Origin: Anaerolineae bacterium
Lineage (GTDB): Bacteria; Chloroflexota; Anaerolineae; JBHIDP01
Reading direction: 5' to 3'
Assembly: GCA_046760185.1 (NCBI GenBank)
Contig: JBHIDP010000002.1
Coordinates: forward strand, 1-33,212
Length of the DNA: 33,212 nucleotides
The stretch's first letter is position 1. Each line of letters opens with the position of its first letter. The position numbers and the translations under genes are program-made. The notes below the pieces were generated by a model. It searched no databases, was not told the origin of the DNA, and saw only the letters and a program-made list of their open reading frames with translations. Shown here in pieces: positions 8,823-16,551 of this stretch.

Positions 8823-9746
8823 ATGGTTCGAGTAGCGGAGGAGTGGCTGGCCACCTGCGGCGGCTGCGAGGTAACTATTCTGGACATCGGGGAGCCGCTT
8901 TTGGACCTGTTGTCCAAGCTGGAGTTTGTCCATATGCCCGTCATCATGGACCATAAATATTATGGGCAAACGGGAGAGAAAACAGAGCTAGAAATCCCAG
9001 AAGCGGAGGTGGGCATAATCAGCGGCGGCATACGCACCGAAGAGAATGAGCAGGTAGCCGAGGAGATGCGCAAAAAGTGCAAGACGCTTATCGCTGTGGG
9101 CTCCTGTGCCAACTTCGGCGGCATCCCCGCCCTGGGCAACATGTATACGATGCAGGAGATCTTCGACAAGGTCTACCGGGAAACAAGGAGCACCGAGCCG
9201 GGGGATACCCCAAATATGGACATCCCGCCCTTCAAGGATAGGGTGTATGCCGTGAGTGAGGTCGTCAAGGTGGATGTGCAGTTGCCAGGCTGTCCGACAA
9301 CGCCTGAGCTAGTGGCTGAAGCCTTGACCTGCCTTCTGGAGGGGAAGCCCTTCACCCTGGCCGAAAGGAGCGTCTGCGACGAGTGTCCCACCAAGAGGGA
9401 GAAAAAGGCGGTGGCCAAGCTGAAGAGGCCCTTGGAGAAGGTCGAATTTGCCCCGGGTCAACCACTGGAGGAGGTGCGCTGCTTCATGGAACAGGGCTAC
9501 CTGTGCCAGGGCCCAGCCACAAGATCTGGCTGCGGCGGGACGGAGAAGATCCCCCGGTGCGTAGGGGCTTATATGACCTGTAGGGGCTGCTTTGGGCCGA
9601 TCCGGGCGGGGGCCAATCCCATGGTCGACATGATGGGGGCGCTTTCGAGCATCGGGCTCGACCCCAGGGAGATAGAGGACAGGATGGCTACCTTTAACCG
9701 GTTCATAGGCGTTGTTGGACGACTAAGGCCTCTGCCAGCAAGGTAA
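8823..9746 (+). CDS. mvhG: [NiFe]-hydrogenase small subunit, group 3 (MvhG/FrhG-like)
   Basis: 307 aa. AAGGAGG precedes the ATG. Motifs present are WLATCGGCE, GSCANFGGIP and LPGCPTTPE, plus a distal Cys-rich C-terminus (CDECP...CQGP...CGG...CRGCFGP). Confidence 0.85.
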   Translation: MVRVAEEWLATCGGCEVTILDIGEPLLDLLSKLEFVHMPVIMDHKYYGQTGEKTELEIPEAEVGIISGGIRTEENEQVAEEMRKKCKTLIAVGSCANFGGIPALGNMYTMQEIFDKVYRETRSTEPGDTPNMDIPPFKDRVYAVSEVVKVDVQLPGCPTTPELVAEALTCLLEGKPFTLAERSVCDECPTKREKKAVAKLKRPLEKVEFAPGQPLEEVRCFMEQGYLCQGPATRSGCGGTEKIPRCVGAYMTCRGCFGPIRAGANPMVDMMGALSSIGLDPREIEDRMATFNRFIGVVGRLRPLPAR

Positions 9747-9760
9747 GAAAGGAGAATCCA

Positions 9761-9823
9761 ATGAAACAGATTGTTATCCAGCCGGTGACAAGGATCGAAG
9801 GCCACGCAAAGGTGTGCTTGTAG
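9761..9823 (+). pseudogene. mvhA: 5' remnant of the [NiFe]-hydrogenase large subunit (mvhA-like), 20 codons then TAG
   Basis: AAAGGAGA RBS, then ATG at 9761. Hand translation gives MKQIVIQPVTRIEGHAKVCL followed by a stop. xPVTRIEGHAK is the conserved N-terminal large-subunit motif. No frame downstream continues a hydrogenase-like sequence. Confidence 0.7.
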
Positions 9824-9893
9824 GCTCGCATGGGGCCATATCTTTCCTTGACCCACCAGCCGATGCTTCGTCCGCCCGCGTTGTTGTGATAGG

Positions 9894-9921
9894 TTGACAA
9901 AGCTGGGAAAAGTTATATAAT
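9894..9921 (+). promoter_or_regulatory. consensus sigma70-type promoter with no clear cargo gene
   Basis: TTGACA at 9894-9899, a 16-nt spacer, then TATAAT at 9916-9921. Only short ORFs and gene fragments lie downstream. Confidence 0.4.
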
Positions 9922-10292
9922 ATTTGTAAATGGATAATTATGCCTCGGTGCTTACGTCGTTGTGATAGACGCAGCTGGAGGGAAGCTGAGATGAACGAGG
10001 GTCGACTATTTTCCCAGCCGAGACGCCAGGGAGAGGTCGGCCTTTTGGTTTTTGGGGCGGCAAAGTAGATGGCCCGGCGTGGCGGCTACCACCCGGGCCG
10101 TGGCACAGGGTGGACCGAGCACCCGGTGCGGGACGGGACTATAGCACAAGGGCTCGCTTTGGTCAACCTGGGCGAGCCTCTTTGTTTGCCTGGGACCACC
10201 GCTGGAGTGTCGAGGAAATCCTGACCACTGTTGTTACTCCTTTATTACCAACACGTAGAAGGGAGACTACCAACAAAGATTGTGTGAAAAAT

Positions 10293-10466
10293 CTACTCAG
10301 GGGTGTCTAACAACCTTCTCACGTGGACCCACATCTCATCGAAAATTTCCACCGTGAGACGACCAGTCTGCGTTTTCTGCCGGCTGGGATGGTAAGAAGA
10401 CACCAGCCAAAGTAAACCTTTCCCCAATTTAAATGTTGCTGCATGGCTGAAGAAAAATCGCGGCAT
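10293..10466 (-). pseudogene. C-terminal fragment resembling a family-4/5 uracil-DNA glycosylase
   Basis: Hand translation gives MPRFFFSHAATFKLGKGLLWLVSSYHPSRQKTQTGRLTVEIFDEMWVHVRRLLDTPE. The SYHPSRQ-T-TGRLT--MFD pattern matches my recollection of the UDG superfamily C-terminal motif B region. It is only 57 aa, so the N-terminal roughly three quarters of such an enzyme is absent. Confidence 0.4.
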
Positions 10467-10543
10467 AGCTCGGATTGGTGGTGAGATCCTTGGCGATATC
10501 CTCAGTGGTGGATAGAGTCCACCAATATCTGGTGATATATATT

Positions 10544-10578
10544 GACCCTCAGGTTATTATCCTGAGGGTCATTTTTAT
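10544..10578. terminator. perfect 10-bp hairpin, probable (bidirectional) terminator downstream of the 845-aa gene
   Basis: GACCCTCAGG (10544-10553), a 7-nt loop, then CCTGAGGGTC (10561-10570). ATTTTTAT follows on the + strand, and an A/T-rich tract follows on the - strand. Confidence 0.55.
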
Positions 10579-10648
10579 CAATGAACAATCAATCTGGTAG
10601 AACTACAAATCCTATTCCACGTCAGCCACCGATCTGTTTGCCAAAGTT

Positions 10649-13186
10649 CTAGTTTCTCTTTAAATGCTTGTTCACCAGCACAGCCATGCTCACCATAAGT
10701 AAGAAACCAATAGACGGACAAAATGGTCTGCGTGGCTCAACCTCTTCGGTTATTTTTTCTTCATCAGTCGGTTCTACAGTTGGTTCTTCGGTCGGTTGTA
10801 CAACCACCTGTGTTGCTGTCGGGGTGATCTCGATTCTGGTCACCTGATAGAAAGCTACATCTGTGTCATTGACCCTTTGATTGCATGGGAAGGTGATACT
10901 GCTATCAGATATTGTTGGGGTGATTGTCTTAATCAACCGGTTATCACGGTCGTATGCCATTACACTGATCGGATCTGAGGAACTCCAATTTGGCAGCATG
11001 TCTAATGTGATGTCTGTATCGGGTCCCATTGGATGTCGAACGACAATGTCCTCCGCATTACGTTGCTCGATGATGAAGTGATCTCCCTCGCTAAGAGGCA
11101 CACCGTTATATGCGGTGAATATGCCAGCGATCAGGTTGTCAAGCGAGCTTGTGACGAACACACCATCCGACGACAAGGTATACTCATCTACAGTGTATGT
11201 ATTCGTTGTATCCCAGTTCTTGAGCACGCTGATGGTCTCATCATCAGTTTCGAAGGTGCTGAGTGTGACATTATCGGGCAACTCATCGTAACCAGTCATC
11301 CGCGCACCGACGTAGCGGGAGGAAACGTGCGCCTGGAAATCTGTGACCACATTGACCCAGGGACTGGGCAGGCGATGCTCAGGGGGACACATAGGAGGAG
11401 CGCAGATATTGAAGCGGTCCATGTAACCGAAGGCCAGATTCACACTGAGGTCGTATTTGGAGGGGTGCCACTCCCAGATTCGGTAATGGAGGCTCTTGTC
11501 ATGCATCAGCAGCGGTTCAGCAGCATATGAACGCCAATTACCCTCCCCCCACCATTCTTTGCCAAGTTCATCGCCTTCAAAATATATGAAAGTGCCCATA
11601 CCCCCAATGGCATACTCGAGGATGCGGTCGTAGCCGGATTCAACGACGATGTGGACATCGCTGTAGGTGCGGACGTGCTCGAGCCAACCCTCGGAGAAAT
11701 CCATCGGGCTGGGCGCGCTGGGGTTGAAGTCGTACTCCCATGGAAAAGCACCGATCACATCGTGGTAGATCAAGTCGCTGGGAAGGACTTGGGTCATATC
11801 CTGGATATATTGGTCCAAACGCTGTTTCACATAAGCTGGGTGTGGAGAGACATTGAAACCGCAAGCATCCGGACCCCAACAGTAACGCTGCGGCTGTCCA
11901 CTCTCGTCCAGCACAGCCACGTCGGTGATGGTCAGCGGAGGGCTCAAGCTTGAGAACCCCTGGACCGTCGGCGACCTCTCATTCCACCACACCGCCTGGC
12001 TGATGGGCATCACCAGATGCCCCATTTCCTGAGCCGCCTCGATCGCCTGCCGGAGGTCCTCGGTTGTGCCCCATTGGGGATCGGGTGGTAGGAAGTCGGG
12101 ATCGATGGGATCCCAGAAGGGCGCGATGAGGGTCGACCCGGGAAGTTGTGCGAACAACTGGGGCCATGAACCAAAAGTCTGGGGGACGGTCATACCGGCA
12201 CCGATCCAGCCCATGGGAGACCGGGCCACGGCCTCGAACTTATCGCCCAACTTCTGCTGCACCGATGGGTATGCCGCCACGGCGTTGTCCGCCCGATACG
12301 CCTGTATGATTTCGACGAACGATCCCGAAACCCTCACCCGCACTGGGGAACCTCTCCACAACTCACCATCGGCTTTCCATGCAGGTAATTCGCGAGTCAG
12401 CACCGTGGTATCGGTGAATTCAGGGTGAGGTGAGATCTGAAGCATTGCAGGTCGCACGGGACCGCTGGGGTGCAGGCCGTACAGGGCCAGGCTGCCTCCT
12501 TGCATCTGCAAGACCAGATAGTCTGCATGAAGATCCCCAGGATACCTAGCCCGGTATGACCGTCCCTCAGTGAAGAAACCGGACTGCAGTACGATACCTG
12601 GATGAAGATACGGCAGCAGCACTTCCTCGATCTCGTTTGCGGCAAAGGTTAGTTCTACTGGGAAGTTAACCATTATCAATGGATAACCCCATCGGTTGTC
12701 GATGGTGAGTTGCATATCAAAGTAGGGTCCCTCTGTAATTTCAAATGTCACCATAGCCTCAACTTGGCGGCTCATCATCGGATCAGGGGTGTACTGAAGG
12801 ATCAATGTGTTCGTGGCATCCTCCCAAACGTAGTCGAACTGATTCGGACCCGCAGGAGAGTACACGGCTGAAAACTGGAATTGATCGGCTGGATCAGGCA
12901 CATTTGTGAATTCGACCATCCACAGTAGGTGGCCAGCAGGCCCAGTCCCCTCCTGTGAACCCGGCATAACCCTCTGACCAGTGGTCTTGTCGATGATGTA
13001 GGCGATGGCTCCGTGTTGTTTGCTTAAACCTAACTCATAGTAATTCTGGTTCCCTACAACAATTACATCAGGGTTTGAATCATCGAAATATATGGATGGT
13101 GATTGGGCATAACAAGTCCGATGAATGGACCCAGCAAAGACAAGTATGAGTATCAGAATAAACAACGATATTTGAATACGCTTCAT
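10649..13186 (-). CDS. large secreted, C-terminally membrane-anchored protein of unknown function (possibly glycoside-hydrolase-like)
   Basis: 845 aa. AAGGAGGGG RBS. Signal peptide MKRIQISLFILILILVFAGSIHRTCYAQ. A Pro/Thr/Glu linker (QPTEEPTVEPTDEEK) precedes the hydrophobic helix IGFLLMVSMAVLV and a basic tail KHLKRN. The enzymatic assignment is only a weak impression from W/Y-rich motifs. Confidence 0.8.
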   Translation of the reverse strand: MKRIQISLFILILILVFAGSIHRTCYAQSPSIYFDDSNPDVIVVGNQNYYELGLSKQHGAIAYIIDKTTGQRVMPGSQEGTGPAGHLLWMVEFTNVPDPADQFQFSAVYSPAGPNQFDYVWEDATNTLILQYTPDPMMSRQVEAMVTFEITEGPYFDMQLTIDNRWGYPLIMVNFPVELTFAANEIEEVLLPYLHPGIVLQSGFFTEGRSYRARYPGDLHADYLVLQMQGGSLALYGLHPSGPVRPAMLQISPHPEFTDTTVLTRELPAWKADGELWRGSPVRVRVSGSFVEIIQAYRADNAVAAYPSVQQKLGDKFEAVARSPMGWIGAGMTVPQTFGSWPQLFAQLPGSTLIAPFWDPIDPDFLPPDPQWGTTEDLRQAIEAAQEMGHLVMPISQAVWWNERSPTVQGFSSLSPPLTITDVAVLDESGQPQRYCWGPDACGFNVSPHPAYVKQRLDQYIQDMTQVLPSDLIYHDVIGAFPWEYDFNPSAPSPMDFSEGWLEHVRTYSDVHIVVESGYDRILEYAIGGMGTFIYFEGDELGKEWWGEGNWRSYAAEPLLMHDKSLHYRIWEWHPSKYDLSVNLAFGYMDRFNICAPPMCPPEHRLPSPWVNVVTDFQAHVSSRYVGARMTGYDELPDNVTLSTFETDDETISVLKNWDTTNTYTVDEYTLSSDGVFVTSSLDNLIAGIFTAYNGVPLSEGDHFIIEQRNAEDIVVRHPMGPDTDITLDMLPNWSSSDPISVMAYDRDNRLIKTITPTISDSSITFPCNQRVNDTDVAFYQVTRIEITPTATQVVVQPTEEPTVEPTDEEKITEEVEPRRPFCPSIGFLLMVSMAVLVNKHLKRN

Positions 13187-13221
13187 TAATACCCCTCCTT
13201 AACTTTCTAAGCCAACAAGTA

Positions 13222-13365
13222 TTAGATGGACGTTTTTCCACCTAATCGCCCAATTTGGCATGTTAGGCGGACGTTTTCCCATCTAAAACCCCATTTGGCG
13301 TTTTAGATGGACATTTGTCCATATAACACCACCTTTCTGGTGTATTAGCCGAAATTTGACAGTTA
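13222..13365. repeat. degenerate tandem repeat, about 3.5 units of 40-42 bp, each starting with a 24-bp dyad-symmetric core
   Basis: Units start at 13222, 13263, 13303 and 13345. The cores are TTAGATGGACGTTTTTCCACCTAA, TTAGGCGGACGTTTTCCCATCTAA and TTAGATGGACATTTGTCCATATAA. Units 1 and 2 share a CC(A)ATTTGGC spacer motif. A related copy lies at 13525-13549. Confidence 0.7.
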
Positions 13366-13854
13366 TGAGCCAGTGGGGCCTCAAATGCAGTTTTATCGTC
13401 AAGTCGGCTTCGCCAGAATGGGCTGGATCCCCACTTCAGGGGTAATTTGAGGCTTGATAACATAGAAATTTGGGATGTAATTAACCTCTCAGAGGTCAAT
13501 TTTGCTAACTGTCAAATTAGGCTATTAGGCGGAAATTTATTACATCTAGTACACCTGCTGCACCTTCGACCAGGCGCAGATAGATAATTGCCGCTTCCCT
13601 CCACCTCCCAGCGCCGGGAAGGGATCGCCGTCCTGGGTATCTTTGCCCTCTCATTCTTCTGAAAGCTGTCACTCCCAGGTAACAAAACACCCGACCACCC
13701 ACCGGGATCGCTCCCCAGATAGGGGTCGGCTGTCAATCTTTCACACCACCCTCCTCGGTCGACTACGATTGGGACGGGGGCTGCGATGTTGCTACACGCC
13801 GCTTTATATTTATGATATCATAGATGGAGGCACAAGTCAATACACTTCTCTATT

Positions 13855-14061
13855 GTCACGTTACCGCCAAAAATTCATAGGGTTGTTACAGCCAAAATCT
13901 AATACCTCCTGCTAGCTACGGAGTGTCGCCTTACCCCCTACCAGTAGTATTCCCAATACCTTGCAGGCCCCACCGGTTGTGGTCAAGTGCTTGCCAGCAA
14001 CCTATTAGATTTTGGCGGTAACAAATAGCGCTCGACTATTAGATTTTAGCAGTAACGTGAC
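13855..14061. mobile_element. nested terminal-inverted-repeat structure (MITE-like, or clustered IS ends)
   Basis: R1 is GTCACGTTACCGCCAAAAATTCATAG (13855-13880) and R2 is GTTACAGCCAAAATCTAATA (13885-13904). Their inverted partners are R3 TATTAGATTTTGGCGGTAAC (14003-14022) and R4 TATTAGATTTTAGCAGTAACGTGAC (14037-14061). R2 and R3 match at 19 of 20 positions. Confidence 0.55.
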
Positions 14062-14404
14062 AAGTGCTGCCAGCTTGATATTCTGCTCATCACTGTCCAA
14101 CCGCAGTCTATACCGGAAGTAGTCAGCCCTGGATTGTCGCAGAAACTCGAGGCAACTGTGGCCCGGGTCTCTCAGTACATAGCGGAAAGCTGCTTTTAAG
14201 GTCTGGCGATTGGGGTTAGGGATACCTGATCAGATCACTGTCTTCGCCATTGAGGTGGAGGATGTGAGCACCTTTGGCGAAGGATGCACCCTTGTGGGGA
14301 GGCAGCAATCCCCTCTGCTGTGGAGATGGTCCTACAGGAGTTGAGATCGTGACTCTTTCTGCTGAGGTGACGTGTTTTCGAGAGAGATGGCTCCCAGCCG
14401 CCTG

Positions 14405-14827
14405 TTAGGTTGCTGAAAAGAGAGATTGCTTCTCCAGAGGGAGTTCGGCTGCCATCTCGCCATATTTCTGCTTCAGCAGCTCAAGGGCTCCCTCCAGGGC
14501 AGTGCCGACAAAGGCTTCTCTTTCTCTGAGGAGCATCGCTATTCTTGCATCGGCCTCGGCTACACAGCGGCTGTTGAGCACTGCCCTGATGTCCTCTTTG
14601 AGTTGATATTGCCGCTCCAACATAGTTCCTCTGTGTTCCAACAGGAGAGCACATAGCTCCATCCTCTCGTTTGTGGTCAATTCCTCTCTTCCCTTCAAAA
14701 AGGCGTGCCTGGCTCTGAAGAGGCTTTCCCGTTGTCCCTTGGGCAGGGAATGGCGGTATGCCTTCAGATCCCGGTCAAAGAGTTGACGCACAAGATCCTC
14801 AAAGTGTTTCCTTTCCAGTGGACTCAT
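14405..14827 (-). pseudogene. transposase-derived fragment (resembles the central/C-terminal part of ISL3-type DDE transposases)
   Basis: This 140-aa ORF has no convincing RBS. HAFLKGREELTTNERMELCALLLEHRGTMLERQYQLKEDIRAVL parallels the ISL3 pattern (R)xLLKxxExLTxxQxxxLxxLLxxxxxLxxAYxLKExxR. No DDE N-terminal part is present. It adjoins the inverted repeats at 13855-14061. Confidence 0.4.
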
Positions 14828-14850
14828 GGCTGCTTCCCTGCGAATGGGGG

Positions 14851-14881
14851 AAAATAAACTGGGGGAGCCGCTGCCCCCCCC
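14851..14881 (-). terminator. intrinsic terminator candidate downstream of the protease gene
   Basis: A GC hairpin reads GGGGGAGCCGCTGCCCCCCC on the + strand (14861-14880). On the - strand it is followed by AGTTTATTTT. Confidence 0.45.
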
Positions 14882-14928
14882 TCATCTTCCTGCTTTCAAA
14901 CCCTGCTCTTAATCATCCGCAACTACGA

Positions 14929-16287
14929 TTAACCACAGTTAGGATTCTTCTTGGCCGACTTTCCATTCTTGCACTTCCCTGTGCCAGAATCCTTCTCGCT
15001 GTCTGCACTGCTATCCGCTGAGCCGGAACCTCCTGAGTCAGGACTGGTGGAGCTTGCCTCGATGGTGAGGCCCTGCTTGACGTAGGAGGCATTGCCCGCA
15101 GAGTTGATGGCCCTGACCTCTATGATGTGGCTGCCCACGGTCAAGGTGGGGGTGAAGGAGAAGTACTCAGTGGCGGAGTCGAAGGCTCCGTCGCTGGCTG
15201 AAGCTGGCTGCCAGGCTCCACCGTCAACCCTGAACTCTACCTGAGCGATGGTGTTGATGGTGACATCGGCATGGGAAGGGGAGTTGAACGGGATGTCATA
15301 AGTAGAGCCGGTGAAGGTTGGGTTGGTGGTGGAGTTAATGGAGATGGCCGGGGTGGTGTCAATGACATCGGGAATGGTGTCGTTGTCACGGTCCCAGAAG
15401 CCGACCTGGCCGCTGGCGTAGTAGTCGAGGGCGCTGTGGAGGTAAGGGGCGGTCTGGCCGCGCATGATGCTCTCCTCGTTGGAGAGGGCGGGGCCGAACA
15501 TAGTGTTGCCGTTCTGAGCGTCGAGGTAGCCGCTGGTGGTGGTGTAAGGGATCTGGGCACCCTCGTACTGATCGAGGGCGTAGAAGATGTGGCCGATTTC
15601 ATGGCTGGCCAGGGCATCCATGTTCTCGATGGAGTAGGTGCCGTTGTCGAAGGTCATGACCATGAAGGGGCCACCGATGTAGGTGTAAGAATAGTAGGCG
15701 TTATCGGCGAAGAAGCCATCGGGGTCGTTGAGGCTGTCAACGACGAAGATGGTGAAGGCCCAGTCGGCGTTCAGTTTCTTTCGGAGGGCGTTGTTGAAGC
15801 TGTAGACCATTTCGGTGTGGCTGGTGCCGGGGTGGCCGAGAGCTCTCATGGTTTGGCTGATCCAGAGGGACTCCTCGGCCTGGGGGTGGTTGATGGGCTC
15901 ATAGCCGGTGGGGACGCTGTTGTGAACGTCGAGGATGAACTGGACCTGGCCATTGGAGCGGGCGGTCCACCACTTGAGGGCGGCTGAGATTTCACTGAGG
16001 ACCTTGGCCTGGCGATCGGGAGACCAGTTTTCGGTGGAAGGCTCGTTGATGCCGACGCTTTCGGGCAAGATGACGCCGACAGCCACACGGCCGATCATGA
16101 ACTCGCTGGTCTGGTAGTAGCCAGGGATGTAGATAGGGGCCGGGGCAGCGGCGATTTCGGGCTGCTCTGCTTTCTCCTCGGGGCCCTGAGCGTAGGCGAC
16201 TGTGCCGCTGAAGGGTAGCAGTCCGCTCAAGAGCAGCATGGTTATCAGTATGACACTGCCTGCTTTGATCATCCATTTGCTTCGCAT
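14929..16287 (-). CDS. secreted zinc metalloprotease, metzincin-like (HExxHxxxxxD plus Met-turn), with a C-terminal Ig-like domain and a Ser/Gly/Asp-rich then Lys-rich tail
   Basis: The start is placed at MRSKWMIKAGSVILITMLLLSG (GGGGAGAGA RBS), whereas the track ORF extends to 16359. The signal peptide ends AYAQG. Other features are HEIGHIFYALDQY, SIMRG, VEFRVDGGAWQPASASDGAFDS and the tail GKCKNGKSAKKNPNCG. Confidence 0.8.
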   Translation of the reverse strand: MRSKWMIKAGSVILITMLLLSGLLPFSGTVAYAQGPEEKAEQPEIAAAPAPIYIPGYYQTSEFMIGRVAVGVILPESVGINEPSTENWSPDRQAKVLSEISAALKWWTARSNGQVQFILDVHNSVPTGYEPINHPQAEESLWISQTMRALGHPGTSHTEMVYSFNNALRKKLNADWAFTIFVVDSLNDPDGFFADNAYYSYTYIGGPFMVMTFDNGTYSIENMDALASHEIGHIFYALDQYEGAQIPYTTTSGYLDAQNGNTMFGPALSNEESIMRGQTAPYLHSALDYYASGQVGFWDRDNDTIPDVIDTTPAISINSTTNPTFTGSTYDIPFNSPSHADVTINTIAQVEFRVDGGAWQPASASDGAFDSATEYFSFTPTLTVGSHIIEVRAINSAGNASYVKQGLTIEASSTSPDSGGSGSADSSADSEKDSGTGKCKNGKSAKKNPNCG

Positions 16288-16448
16288 TTTTTCTCTCCCC
16301 CAATCTGTTTTTCGATTTTTTTCATCATCTGCCCCCAGCATACCGTAACTGGCAGGCAAAATATAGAGGCCACGGTCCCGACCCAGCCTGCCAAAGGTCC
16401 CTTCTTTTAGGGACTAAAGTCCTGAAACCACAATTATCGCCATCCCTT

Positions 16449-16476
16449 TTGACACCCCATCCGAATCAGCTATAAT
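16449..16476 (+). promoter_or_regulatory. consensus sigma70-type promoter for the second kinase/regulator operon
   Basis: TTGACA at 16449-16454, a 16-nt spacer, then TATAAT at 16471-16476. Confidence 0.5.
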
Positions 16477-16551
16477 CAGTCTTGAAATCGCATCGCGCCA
16501 ATCGGCACTTTCTTTGTTGTGGTAACAGTCTCCTTCTGTGACTGTGTTGAT

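Noticed and set aside
9821-9890. Possible read-through of the TAG ending the mvhA fragment (pyrrolysine or suppression)
   Set aside because: The in-frame continuation ARMGPYLSLTHQPMLRPPALL, followed by a stop, has no resemblance to a [NiFe] large subunit and ends after 21 codons. Truncation is the simpler explanation.
13263-13736. ORFs of 61-78 aa on the - strand within the repeat-rich intergenic region
   Set aside because: They are built from the tandem and inverted repeats, start at non-ATG codons without an RBS, and have no recognisable features. The region is treated as non-coding.
15271-15987. 238-aa + strand ORF, plus other ORFs at 15237-16303, overlapping the protease gene
   Set aside because: These are low-complexity Gly/Val/Ala- or Pro/Ser/Thr-rich translations typical of antisense or off-frame shadows in GC-rich coding DNA. 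The - strand frame has the signal peptide and HExxH motif and explains the region.
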